DNA of 64,000 nt, from the NCBI GenBank assembly GCA_024679065.1, contig JAGIQG010000007.1, positions 50,468,001 through 50,532,000 on the forward strand, given 5' to 3'. Origin of the DNA: Sphyrna mokarran (taxonomy: Eukaryota). Each line of letters begins with the position of its first letter. Positions within the stretch are counted from its first letter, which is position 1. The notes under the pieces are model-generated. The model saw only the letters and a program-made list of their open reading frames with translations. It searched no databases and was not told the origin of the DNA. The position numbers and the translations under genes were made by a program. This document shows positions 1 to 12,946 of the stretch, piece by piece.

Positions 1-2110
1 TTGCCATCTCTCAGCCCAGCTCTGCAGCTTATCTATGTCCCTCTGTAACCTACAACATCCTTCTGCACTGTTCACAACTCCACCGAATTTAATATTATCC
101 TCAAATTTACTAACCCATCCTTCTACCACCTCATCCAGGTCATTTATAAAAATGACAAACAGGAGGGGCCCCAAAACAGATCCTTGTGGTACACCACTTG
201 TCCTGAACTCCAGGATGACCATTTTCCATCAACCAGCACCCTCTTCTGTCTTCTTGCAGTTAGCCAATTTTTAAACCAAACCATTAAATCACCCTTAATT
301 CCATGCCTCCATATCTTCTGCAATAGCTTACCATGGGGAATCTTATTAAATGCTTTATTGGAATCCATGTACACCACATCAACTGCTTTACCCTCATCTA
401 CCTCTTTGGTCACCTTCTCAAAGAACTCAATAACATTTGTGAGACACCACTATCCTTCACAAAACTGTGTTGACTATCCCTAATCAAATTATTCCTTTCT
501 AAATGATAATAAATTCTATCTCTTATAATCCTTTTTCAAAATCTTGCCTACAACAAAAGTAAGGCTCAGTGGTCTATAATTACCAGCATTGTCTGTACTC
601 CCCTTCTTGAACAAGGGGATAACATTTGCTACCCCCCCTCCCCCAATCTTCTGGCACTATTCCTATAGACATTGACAACCTAAAGATCAAAGCCAAAGAC
701 TCTGCAATCTCCTTGCTAGTAGCCCACAGAATCCTAGGATAAACTCCATCCAGCCCAGGGGACTTACTTATTTTCATACTTTCCAGAATTGCTAACACCT
801 TATGAACCTCAATCCATCTAGTCTAATAGCCTGTATCTCAGTATTCTTCTCAACAACATTGTCTTTTTCCTGTGTGAATACGGACAAAAAATATTCATTT
901 AGCATTTTTCCTGTCTCTTCGGACTCCACGCATAACTTCCCACTATTGTCTTTGACTGACCCTAGTCATTCTTTTATTCCTGACATACCTATAGAAAGCT
1001 TTAGGATTTTCTTTGATCCTACCTCCCAAAGATTTCTCATGTCCCCTCCTGGCTCTTCTTAGCTTTCTCTCTACATCCTTCCTGGCTAACTTTTAACTCT
1101 CAAGTGCCCTAACTCAGCCTTGACGTCTCATCTTGACATAAGTCTCCTTCTTCACAAGTGATTCAACTTCTTTAGTAAACCATGGTTCCCTCACTTGCCT
1201 GACAGGTACACGTTTATCAAGGAAACACAGTAGTTGTTCCTTGAACAAGCTCCACATTTCAATTGTGCCCATCCCCTGCAGTTTCCTTCCACATCCTGTG
1301 CATCCTAAATCTCACTTAAGCAAAGTGTTCATCTACCTCCAAATCCAACACATGGCCTGGTTCAATATCCAGTTTCAAATCCTATGTGGCCTCACCTCTT
1401 GTTACTGTGTCAGGAAACCTTCCTGCACACATTGGACAAAAACTGACTCATCTAAAGTACTCAAACTGTAGCTGTTCCGATCAATACTTGTAAAGTTAAA
1501 ATCCCCCATAACAACTAACCTGTTACTTTCACTCTTATCCAGAATTATCTTTGCAATCCTTTCCACTACATATCTGGAACTTTTTAGAAGCCTATAGAAA
1601 ACTCCCAACAGGACGACCTTTCTTGTTTCTAACCTTAGCCTATACTACGTCAGTAGACAAGTCCTCATCAAATATCCTTTCTACCACTGTAATATTGTCC
1701 CTGACTGACAATGCCACACTCCCTCTCTTATACCACCTTCCCTGATCTTTCAGAAATATCTAAACCCTGGAACCTGCAACAACCATTCTTGTCCCCGCTC
1801 TATTCATGTCTCCGAAATGGCCATAACATCGAAGTCCCAGATACCAACCCATGCTGCAAGTTCACCCACCTTATTCCGGATGCTCCTGGTGTTGAAGTAG
1901 ACACACCTCAAACCACATCCTGCTTGCCAGTGCACTCCTGCGACCTTGAAGCCTTATTCATGACCTTACCACTCTTAACCTCCTGTACACTGGAGCTACA
2001 ATTTAGGATCCCAACCTCCTGCTGAATTAGTTTAAACCCTCCCGAAGAGCATCCCATCCCCCAGGATATTGGTACCCTCTGGTTCAGGTGTAGACCATTC
2101 TCTCTCTATT
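1..2110 (-). mobile_element. CR1-type LINE fragment (ORF2 endonuclease to RT), decayed, runs off the left edge
   Basis: Minus-strand peptides VVMGDFNF (APE), KSPGLDG, VDVVYMD..KAF..IPH and [10 protein letters not shown]-like DNA; many stops and frameshifts. Confidence 0.92.
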
Positions 2111-2409
2111 CCTGACTTGCCTATCCCTGAAGTAGCTTGGACAACAAAAATAATAAAAACTGTAGCTGCTGACAGTAGGAAATAAAGGCAACAAGTGGTG
2201 GAAAGTACAATCATGTGCACCACATCTGTAAAGGGAAAAGATATACATCACTTTGGCAATAACACATTTCCTTTTTCCTTTGCAGATGTTGAAATAGCCA
2301 TTATCCAGTAATTTTTTTTCTTAGCTTGGATTTTTAAAAAAATTCCATCCTATGTTTGTAGCCTGAAGAATTGTATTTGCTAGAATAAATGAATATGTAT
2401 TACACAGGT

Positions 2410-2595
2410 CAACACTTTTCTTTCAAACCAATGCTATGGACAATGGGTTAATGATTATACATTGCTGTTTATGGGATCATGATGCAAACAATTGACTGCC
2501 GTGTTTGCCAACATAACAAGATAATTGAAGTGAATTATTGATTGTGAAACACTTTGAGACATTTATGAGAGATATGGCACCAAAGATAAATCATT
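2410..2595 (+). mobile_element. old Deu-domain SINE (SacSINE1/AmnSINE1-like) 3' fragment
   Basis: cattgctgtttatgggatc...aattgactgccgtgtttgcc...gattgtgaaacactttgag resembles the 3' part of Deu-SINEs. Confidence 0.55.
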
Positions 2596-3169
2596 TATTT
2601 GGGAGTTATTTTGCTTCTCTACTGAGATCAATGTGGTTATACAAGTTAAAAACAACATCTTTGAAGGAACAATGGAGAAAATGGAAACTAAATTCTTGAA
2701 GCTGTAAATATAGTTTGGGTTCAACTTGATTCCAAGAATGTCATTTTATAATATGGTTTATTATTCTACACGTAACAAAGAATGCTTGAAAATTTATCTC
2801 ATCAACATAATGACAGGGTACAATGAGATTTAATTATAACCACCATATTCTCAAAGACAGTTCCATGAAGTTAAGGATAATGGAACGAGACTAGAGAATT
2901 AGACAATTTCTAGTCAAAATAGAGAATAAATTCGTTGTGTGTAAATGCAGTTCCTGATATAGTACTGAGCAAACAAATAAGGGGGATCCTCAGATTAGGG
3001 TCCAGTCAGCTAATCTCAGCTTGTGCAATATTCAGGCACTAAACTTCCGCTCCCCCCGCCCTCCCACAAACTCCCCGGAGTGGGGAAAAATAGAAAAGCA
3101 ACCAAGTTTCCTAAGTATACTTGTTGTCTGATACCAAAAATAGAAACTGTGGAAGTTAGGATAAACAGT

Positions 3170-5925
3170 TAGGGACAGGACTGGGTACTTCAGGTGCCAG
3201 GATTCAGATGCTTCAGGAGGGACAGGGTTGGGGGTGAAAGAGGTGATGGTGGGGCACTGTTGTTCAGGGACAGTGTCATGGCTGCAGAGAAGGTGGAAGA
3301 CGTGGAGGGAATGTCTACAGAGTCCCTGCGGGTGGAAGTCAGGAACAGCAAAGGGTCGATAACTTTGCTGGGTGTATTCTATAGGCCGCCCAATAGCAAC
3401 AGGGAAGTTGAGGTGCAGATAGGGAAACAGATCCTAGACAGATGTAGAAATAACAGGGTTGGCGTGATGGGAGATTTCAATTTCCCAAACATCGACTGGA
3501 ATATCCCAAAGGTAAGGGGTTTGGATGGGGAGGAGTTTGTTAGGTGTGTTCAGGAAGGTTTCCTGACACAGTACATGGAAAAGCCTACGAGAGGAGAGGC
3601 TGTACTTGACCTGGCGCTAGCTAATGAGCCAGGACAGGTGTCGGATCTCACGGTAGATAAGCATCTTGGGAATGGAGATCATAATTCTATCTCTTTCACG
3701 ATAGCAATGGAAAGAGATAGGATCAGGCAGGCTAGGAAGGTGTTTGTCTGGAGTAAGGGGAAATATGAAAACATTAGGCAGGTAATTGGACGAATAAACT
3801 GGAAGAGGCGTTCTTGGGGAAGAGTACAGAAGGAAAGTGGCGGATATTTAAGGACTGTTTGTCTGGGGCTCTGCAAGACAATGTTCCGAGGAGACAAGGA
3901 GGTTTTGGTAGGATGCGGGAACCGTGGTGCACGAAGGTTGTGGTGAACCTCGTCAGGAGGAAAAGAAAGGTGTATAAAAGGTTCAGAGAGCTAGGAGATG
4001 TTAGGGATCTAGAGGAGTATAAGGTGTGTAGAAGGGAGCTTAAAAAGGAAATTAGGAGAGCCAGAAGGGGTCATGAGAAGGCCTTGGCAGGTAAGATTAA
4101 GGAGAATTCCAAGGCCTTCTACAAATATGTGAAAAGTAAAAGGATGAGAAGAGAAGGGATAGGACCTATAAAAGGTGAAGGGGGAAAAGTCTGTGTGAAT
4201 CCAGAAGAAATGGCTGAAGTGCTTAACGAGTACTTTGCCTCGGTATTCACAGTGGAAAGTGAACTAGGAGGTTGTACTACAGGTTTGAGGCATACGGAAA
4301 AGATTGAGTATGTGGATGTTAGGAAAGAGGATGTGTTAGACATGTTAAATTCTATCAAGATAGACAAGTCGCCGGGACCGGATGGGATGTACCCCAGGTT
4401 ATTGTGGGAGGTGAGGGAAGTGGTTGCAGAGACCCTGGTGATGATATTTGCATCGTCCATGGAAATGGGAGAGGTTCCGGAGGATTGATGGATTGCGGAT
4501 GTGGTTCCTATCTTTAAGAAAGGGAACAAGGATAGTCCAGGAAATTACCGACCGGTGAGTCTGACTTCAGTGGTTGGTAAGCTGATGGAGAGGCTTCTGA
4601 GGGATAAGATATATGAACATTTGGAGAAGTTTGGACTGATTAGAAATAGTAAGCATGGTTTTGTCAAGGGCAGGTCATGCCTTACGAGCCTAGTTGAGTT
4701 CTTTGAAAATGTGACTGAACACATTGACGAAGGAAGGGCGGTGGACGTAGTATACATGGACTTTAGTAAGGCGTTTGATAAGGTCCCACATGCAAGGCTT
4801 CTGGAGAAGGTGAGAGGGCATGGGATCCAAGGGGCTTTGGCCTCGTGGATCCAGAACTGGCTTGCCGGCAGAAGGCCGAGAGTGGTTGTGGATGGTCTTG
4901 TTCTGCATGGAGGTCGGTCACCAGTGGAGTGCCCCAGGGATCTGTTCTGGGACCCCTGCTGTTTGTCATTTTCATAAATGACCTGGATGAGGAAGTGGAG
5001 GGATGGGTTAGCAAGTTCGCCGATGATACAAAGATCGGTGGTGTTGTGGATGGTGGATGTTGTGGGATGCCAAAAGTTGCAGTGGGACATAGACAGGATG
5101 CAAGACTGGGCAGAGAAGTGGCAGATGGACTTCAATGCAGATAAATGTGTAGTGGTCCATTTTGGCAGGAATAATGGGATAAAGGAGTACAATATAAGGG
5201 GTAGGAGTCTTAGCTGTGTTGTAGAGCAGAAGGATCTCAGGGTCCAGGTCCATAGGACTCTTAAATTGGCCTCGCAGGTGGAGGAAGTGGTCAAGAAGGC
5301 GTACGGTGTACTGGCCTTCATTAATAGAGGAATTGAGTTTAGGAGTCAGGAGGTAATGATGCAGCTCTATAAGACCCTTGTCAGACCCCACTTGGAGGAT
5401 TGTGCGCAGTTCTGGTCGCCTCACTATAGGAAGGATGTAGAGGCTATTGAGAGAGTGCAGAGGAGATTTACAAGGATGCTGCCTGGATAGGGAGGCAGGC
5501 CTTATGAAGATAGGTTGAGGGAGCTGGGACTCTTCTCACTGGAGAGATGTAGGTTGAGAGGCGACCTGATGGAGGTTTATAAAATGTTGAGAGGAATAGA
5601 TAAGGTGGATTCTCAGAGACTATTTCCCCGAGCTGAAATGGTCACTACGAGAGGACACAGATTTAAGGTGCAGGGAAGCAAATACAGACAGGATGTTAGG
5701 GGTAAGTTTTTCACTCAGAGGGTGGTGAGTGAATGGAATCAGCTGCCGTCGGAGGTGGTAGAGGCAAACTCGCTGGGGTCTTTTAAAAGACTTCTGGATG
5801 AGTATATGGAAACGAATGGGATAGGGGTTTACAGATAGGTCTGTGGATTGGTAGATATAGATGTGATCGGCGCAACTCGTGGCCTGAAGGGCCTGTTTGT
5901 GCTGTAGTGTTCTATGTTCTATGTA
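3170..5925 (+). mobile_element. 5'-truncated CR1/HER1-type LINE, relatively young, ORF2 (APE + RT) with a few frameshifts/stops
   Basis: ORFs 3194-3946 (GVFYRPP, MGDFNFP), 3814-4488, 4501-4977 (NYRPVSLTS, YMDFSKAFD), 4845-5144 ([14 protein letters not shown]) and 4978-5838; 3' tail tgttctatgttctatgt. Confidence 0.96.
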
Positions 5926-5950
5926 ACCCAACTGAACCTTGTCGTTTCAC

Positions 5951-6331
5951 AGATACAGATGAAACACAACTGTCCATAAACATTGAAACCATTGCAGTTG
6001 AACATAAGCTCTGTCATCCCTAACTTTGATAGTAGTTATGATGTGGAGATGCCAGCATTGGACTGGAATAAACACAGTAAGAAGTCTGACAACACCTGGT
6101 CTGAGGCCAGAACTCTCCATTCACCTGACAAAGGGACAAACCTTGAAAGCTTGAGAGTTAACTATCAAATAAATCAGTTGGACTTAAACCTGTCAGACTT
6201 CTTACTGTGTTTACTCCAGTCCAATGCTGGCATCGCCACATCATGACTACAATCAAAGTTAGGGATGACAGGGTTTATGCTCAACTGCGATGGTTTCAAT
6301 GTTTAAGGACAGTTGTGCTTCATCTGTATCT
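5951..6331. repeat. long inverted repeat (~140-bp arms) around a Penelope-type/hammerhead-like core
   Basis: 5951-6091 is the reverse complement of 6191-6331 with about 10 mismatches; the spacer contains tcac-CTGACAA-aggg..cctt-GAAA-gctt. Confidence 0.9.
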
Positions 6332-7239
6332 ATCTTGGTGAATGTCTTTATTGAACTGCTTAAAATACCTGCTTCCAGAGAATATATGCATGGCATGGTC
6401 ACATGACTACATCAAGCCAGATGTGACATAAAACTGATTACATTTCAAAACCATCTTCATACTGAACAAAAGATACAAACATCTCCCTTTTCCTGTGAAC
6501 AAAAGACGCATTTGTATGCACAATCACATGTAAATGTCAGTTACCAAAATTACCCACTGTATACCCACTGTTCTCATGCATTAACAACTAATTGTTCTAA
6601 TAGTCAGTCTCTGAACATGCATTGCACACATCGTCCAAGTCTCCAAATGGTCTGTGTAAATGTTGCCATTGACTGCTTGTCCTGGTGATATTCTTTTGCT
6701 GAAGAGTGTCATTCTCATGGATGTTTTGCCTTTTGTTGTTCCATGGTGCTTGTTTGGGATCCATGGGATCTCTGGGATTGATGGTAATTCTGTACTCAGT
6801 ACAGCTGTGATGTCCCTTCTCCCTGTCCAGTCAACTGCAATAAAGGAATGGCTTCACTAGTTGATTATATATGGCTGCAGTTGTACCGATATATGTGGTC
6901 ATTCAATTACATCATGTCTAATTGAGGTGACTGTTTCACTATAAATGTCCCAAGTTTACCCATTGGGCTGACTCCTACATTGAGGGTTTGTAACTTGAGT
7001 GGTTCCTTCTGTTTTCCATGGCTACATATTGATTCTTCAAGGAATCATTAAAAATTCTCTATATGCCTTTTCTGCCTGCTCTATTATCCAACTGGAACTA
7101 GTTGAATCTTATCCAACTGCCACTTTGAGTTGTTAACATTATTTCCTCCTAATATCTCTGTGTCATCTCTGATATTTATTCATTCAGAATTCATACAGCT
7201 TGATTCATTGATGATTCAGTTATGATGCATGTTCAAAGG

Positions 7240-7590
7240 TATAGTTCAAAGTTAGGCAAATTGGGACTATTTTCCTCAGAAAGACGTAGACTTAGAGGAG
7301 ATCTAATAGAGGTGTATAAGATTATGAGGGGTATAGATAGAGTAAACAGGGTTAAGCTTTTTCCTAGGATGGACTCGAATAGCATGAGGGGTCACGGGCT
7401 TAGGGTGAGGGGGGTAAGGTATAATTTGGATGCTAGAGGGAGTTTTTTCACACAGAGGGTGGTGGGGGTATGGAATGCACTGCCAAAGTGGTGGAGGCAG
7501 GCACTCTGGAGTTATTTAAGAAATACTTAGATGGGCACATGAACAGAATGGGAATGGGGGGGGGTATAGAAAACTGATTTAAAATAGGGA
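7240..7590 (+). mobile_element. CR1 3' fragment
   Basis: LGLFSSERRRLRGDLIEVYKIMRG...FFTQRVVGVWNALP, the C-terminus of CR1 ORF2. Confidence 0.9.
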
Positions 7591-7794
7591 TCATGAGCCT
7601 TGGGAGTCCCTGGGAAGTGTGTAAATAGATGATGATGTTGATGTACTTGTTTTTATCCTACAGATGCCTTGGTCCACCTTGTTGTCTAACAAGGGGCATA
7701 CACGCGATGGGTCGTGAGAAGACTGCTCTTAGATTTTTTTCGAGAGTATCCTAGTGCTTCACGTCGTTAGTGTACGCTTGACCATTTGATGGGC

Positions 7795-8105
7795 AACACG
7801 ACAGCTCAGTGACTATCGCTGTGCTGTGCAGATGCATGGATTTGGGCCTGTGTCTGTGGGAGTTTGCACATTCTCCCCGTGCTTGCATGGGTTTTCCCTG
7901 GGTGTTCCGGTCTCCTCCCACATCCCAAAGATGTGCTCTTAGGCTAATTGGTAAAACAAATTCTCCATAAATTGTCTCAAATTTGTTTTTTAATCCATAG
8001 ATCTATAAACATAGACAGGGATCACGGGTAGAGGGGGGAACATCAGGGTGGCGGCACGGACTCGTTGGGCCGAAGGGCCTGTTTCCCGTGCTATTTTGTT
8101 CTTTG
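7795..8105 (+). mobile_element. V-domain SINE (HE1-like) with CR1-derived tail
   Basis: V-core ggagtttgcacattctccccgtg...ggtgttccggtctcctcccacatcccaaagatgtgc; tail gggccgaagggcctgtttcc...tgttctttg. A truncated copy of this tail lies at ~10822-10945. Confidence 0.8.
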
Positions 8106-8169
8106 TATACACCGAGCTTGAATTTTGTGCTTCAAATCTTCTAGACAGTTCTGCTGCAAACATTTTCCA

Positions 8170-10430
8170 GTGGGCCAAATGTTATATTTGCTTGTGGGAG
8201 AGCATTTTGGAAATAATGGCCATAATTCGTTGTCCTTCATTATTGTAATGGCGAAGGATAAGGTCACATGGCAAAGCAAGGTTTATAATTGGAGCAGGGG
8301 TAATTATGATGCGATTAGGCAAGAATTAGGGAGCATAAGTTGGGAACAGAACCTGTCAGATAAAGGCACAAATGAAAAGTGGAGCTTATTCAAGGAACAA
8401 ATACTGCGTGTCCTTGATAAGCATGTCCCTATCAGGCAGGGAGGAAATGGCCGAGTGAGGGAACCAATGTCTTGTCAAGAGGAAAAAGGAAGTGAATGTA
8501 AGGATGAAAAGACAAGGTTCAGTTGGGTTGCTTGAGGGTTACAAGATAGCAAGGATTAAGTTATAATAAGGACTTTGGAGAGTTAGGAAGGGGCATGAGA
8601 AGTCCTTGGCGGGTCAGATCAAGGAAAACTCCAAGGCTTTTTACTCTTATGTGAGAAATTAAAGAATGACCAGAGTGAGGTTAGGGCCAGTCAAGGGTAG
8701 TAGTGGGAACTTGTGCATGGAACCAGAAGAGATAGGTGAGGCATTGAAGGAATACTTTTCTTCAGTGTTCACTAAGGAGAGGGGCCATGTTTCTGAGGAT
8801 GAGAGTGTGATACAGGCAGCTAAGATGGAGGAGGTAGTTGTAGATATTCTGAGGGAAGATGTATTAGCAATTTTGAAAAACCTGAAGGTCGATAAGTCCC
8901 CTGGGCCAGTTGGGATACATCCTAAGATACTTTGGGAGGCTAGGGTTGAAATTGTGGAGCCTTTAGTTTTGATCTGTGGGTCCTCACTGTCCATGGAGAT
9001 TGTCAGAGGACTGCAATGGGGTAGATGTTGATCCTATCATCAAGAAAGGAAATAGGAATGACCTTGGTAATTATAGGCTAGTTAGTCTTATTTTGGTAGT
9101 TGGTAAATTAATGGAAAAGGTCCTGAGGAATTAGATTTATGACCATTTGGAAAGACGCAGCTTAATCCAGGATAGCATGGATTTGTGAGGGGTAAGTCCT
9201 GCCTCATAAATTTGATTGAATTCTTTGAGGAGGTAACTAAGTGTGTAGATGAAGGTCGAGCAGTTCATGTCGTATACATGGATTTTAGTTCCCCATGGTA
9301 GGCTCATGAAGAAAGTAAGGAGATGTGGGACAGAAGGAAATTTGGCTGATTGGATAAACAACTGGCTACCTCATAGAAAACAGAGGGTGGAGGTGGAGGG
9401 AAAATTTTTAGACTGGATGCCAGTTACTAGCGGTGTATCACAGTGATGAGTGCTGGTTATCTGTTATTTGTGACTTTTTTTAATGACTTGGAATAGGGGG
9501 CTGAAGGGTGGGTTAGTAAGTTTGCTGATGGCACCAACTTTTTGGAATAGTGGATGAGATGGAGGGCTGTTGTAGGCTGCAAAGACATGTTGATAAGCTG
9601 CTGAGCTGGGCTGAAAAGTGGCAGATAGAGTTTAACCCTGATAAGTCGAAGTGATTCATTTTGGTAGGACAGACTTGAATGCGGATTACAGGGTCAACAG
9701 CAAGGTTCTGAGGAATGTGGAGGAACAGAGAGATCTTGGAGATCTTGAGATTCATATCCACAGATCTCTGAAGGTTGCCACTGAAGTGGAAAGAGTATGA
9801 AGAAGGCTTAGAGTGTGTTAGTGTTTATCAACAGGAGATTTGAGTTTATGAGCCATGGAGTTATGCTGCAATTATACAGGACCTTGGTGAGACCACATTT
9901 GGTATATTCTGTGCAGTTCTGGTCACCTCACTATGAGAAGGATTGGAAACATTGGAGAGGGTGCAGAGGAGATTTACCAGGATGCTACCTGGTTTGGAGG
10001 GTAGGTCTTATGAGAAAAAGTTGAGGGAGCTGGGGCTTTTCTCTTTAGAACGGAGGAGGATGAGAGGCGACTCATGAGAAGTTCATAAGATGGTGAGGGG
10101 GGGTAGATAGAGTGGATTTTCAGAGATTATTTCCTTGGATGGATGTAGCAGTTACTAGTGGGCATAACTATAAGGTTCATGTGGGAGATATAGCAGGGAT
10201 GACCGAGGTAGATTCTTTATTCAGAGAGTGGTTTGGGTATGGAGTGGACTGTCTGCTGTAATAGTGGAGTCAGGCACTTTCAGAATTTTTAAGTGGTTAT
10301 TGGATAGACACATGGAGCACACCAGAATGATAGAGCGTGGAATAGCTTGATTGTGGATTTGGACATAGCTTGGCACAACATCGAGGGCCGAAGAGGCTGT
10401 ACTATGCTGTACTGTTCTATGATCTATGAA
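8170..10430 (+). mobile_element. CR1 LINE, 5'-truncated, decayed
   Basis: EHFGNNGHNSL, LNEYF-like LKEYFSSVFT, KSPGP, RTLVRPHL..VQFWSPHY; tail actgttctatgatctatg. Confidence 0.93.
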
Positions 10431-12494
10431 TAGCTTAATTTACCTTTCACTCATGTGTTTCATTGCATTGATGTGGTTGGCAACTATCATGTGGTTTACT
10501 TAAATATTGTTTCCCTTGCTCTGGAGTGTTTGGTTTTCCAAACACTGGATTTTTTTGTTTCCCTGTGCAATTTTCTACCACTTTCTCCCTGTGGTTTTTC
10601 ATTGCTCTTTCTCTGGTATCTCATTCATGGCTGCCAGTCCAGACTTTAACCATGCTTAGGCTAAGATGAGTGGTCATTGCATCCATGATCTGCTACTTGA
10701 GATCAGTTTTCTTGCCTTTGCATTGGGCTCTTAGAGTGTTGGCATAAGTATCATGCCATCACATTGCAAGAACCTTATTTACAGATGACAATATTATGCC
10801 ACTTTCTACATATATATTGGTATTTTAATCCATAGATCTATAATCATAGACAGGGATCACGGGTAGAGGTGGGAACACGGTGTGGCAGCGCAGGCTAGTT
10901 GGGCTGAAGGGCCTGTTTCCTGTGCTGTTTTGTTCTTTGTTCTTTATATCTGTGAAGATCATTATGTTGTATAACACACTGTCCTTGACATTTTGTATTT
11001 ACTTGATTCTTTCCCTCTGCAGTCATAACTGTAACATTCACAAATTATTTGTTTTCTATAGATTTGATGGAACTAGCCAGTTGTATTATGCATGGTTTTG
11101 CTGATCTCTCTCTAGTGCCCATCTGTATAGGCTTGTTTTGTTTCTTTCTTGTTGAAACTTGCACAAAATGATTTTGCTTCTTGTCGTCAAAACATAGGCC
11201 CCAAGCTGGACAATCCTTTTTTCCATTGTGCGCTGCCCTCTGCAGTATTTGTATTCTGCCTTCTGTCTGCAATTGCTCTGCTCTTTCACACTGAAATATC
11301 TCTCAGCAAACCATGTGTCCTGGTCTGCTCTGCCATACATATGCTCAAGCTGACATTTCACAACTTCCATACTTGTCTATCACTTCCTTTAGCATCAGTT
11401 TCTCAACTTTGAGTAGACTCGCTCTCACCAAGGACTCTTGCATGCCTAAGACTATCTATCCATAATCAGATCATCTCTTAACTATCTGAGTTCACATGAT
11501 TCTTCATCCTCATTGCTGCCATCACATGCCATTCAATTGTCCCATTTTCATCCTGAGACCTAATGTTAAAGCAACATTCACTTGGGGTACAAACATTCAT
11601 TCAAGGCTTTCAAAGCCTCTGCCATCTCTTCTCTTTGTTCATTGGTTGAAATTAGGATGGTACAATCTTTGTAGCATTCCCTCCCCAGCAGTGTTAAAAG
11701 TGTGGCTACTCTTGTTGTATTTTGTCTTCCTGAGCTGTGTCTTCAATGTTTGCTTTTCCTTTGTCTTTTTGCAGATTCAAATGTTTCCACGTGCCTGGCT
11801 TCTCAACGTCTTCTCTGCAACATTTGCCAAATTCAAAAATTTATTTTATCCTTACTTCTAGACACAATATTTAAGGAAAGTTGTGGTTCATCTGTGTCAG
11901 TCTCAACGTGAGTCATTACTGAATCATCTTAAGATGTCGGTGCAAAGGAACAGCCTTATTCCATAGTCAACTGACCATGGAAAGCCTGGTGTGACATCTG
12001 ACTGATTACATTTCAAAACACAAACAGTGATGAATTCACCTCGTAGTCAGTAAAAAAAACAGAAAATGCTGGAAAATCTCAGACCTGCTGATATTTTCTA
12101 GCATTTTCTGTTTTGTTTCAGATTTCAGTATTTTGCCTCTATCTCAAGATTCAACAACCCAGCAGCACTCAGAGTTCTTGGTCTACAATGAGTGCTATTG
12201 TGAGTGAATTCTTCTTGTACATAAATGCTTTATTTCTTACAGATTCACAATTCCGAGAGTGGGATTAATAAATTGACCATTAAAAAAACAGTTAATACAT
12301 TTGGGTAATCTGAAATAAGTGTTAGTGTTAGTAAATCCTTGTTGAATAGGTTTCTCTTACAGTAAGGCTATCAACATTTATCCATTAAGCTCACACTGCT
12401 TAAAAATGAAGTAACATTTCATTTTAGAAAGTGATAGGTTGATATCAATACTTACCAGTTTCAAGAATTGTGCCTACAATTAGGCTTATATTAA

Positions 12495-12745
12495 CAGTGC
12501 AATGAGGTTACTATGAAAATCCCTTTATTATCATACCCTGACACCTATTTGGATACACTGAAGAAGAATTTAGCATGGCCAATGCACCTAATCAGTGCAT
12601 CTTTTGGACTGTGGGAGGAAACTGGACCACCCAGAGGAAACCCATGCAGACACAGGGAGAACGTGAAGGCTCCACATAGACAGTGGCCCATGTTGGGTAT
12701 TCAACCCCCATCCTGGCACTGTGAGGCAGCTAACCACTTTGCTGT
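12495..12745 (-). mobile_element. V-domain tRNA SINE
   Basis: Reverse-complemented V-core ttggactgtgggaggaaactggaccacccagaggaaacccatgcagacacaggg. Confidence 0.8.
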
Positions 12746-12946
12746 CTATTAATTCTGGGAAGGACTAGTCTAAAATATAAAACTGTCAGATTCCAGAAAC
12801 CACAGTGTCTGAAAATTGCCTTTTTTAGTTGTCTCTGGTTAGTGCCCATTTGTAATGCAGGATATGAATAGTATCCTTTTCATTACATTCTTAAAAATTA
12901 GTCACACACTTTCGTTTGTCTTACAAAGTACAGTATATACAAAGTA

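Larger units (their letters stand above)
6332..12026 (-). mobile_element. decayed, internally deleted Ty3/Gypsy LTR retrotransposon with nested insertions
   Basis: Two LTR-like copies share gtgacat..actgattacatttcaaaac and both start TGTTTGT on the minus strand (6481 and 12026). PPT GGAAAAGGGAGA at 6482-6493. Gag remnants LRDDLIMDR..LG...RASLL (~11400-11490), zinc knuckle KYC..GKKDCPAWG..KKQNHF (~11160-11255) and protease-like GSCNVM (~10755-10775). Confidence 0.75.

Noticed and set aside
4119-5931. Long minus-strand ORFs (136, 258, 138, 103 aa)
   Set aside because: Antisense shadows of CR1 ORF2.
10822-10945. Direct repeat with 7988-8105 as LTR or large TSD
   Set aside because: Better explained as a truncated copy of the same SINE/CR1 3' tail.
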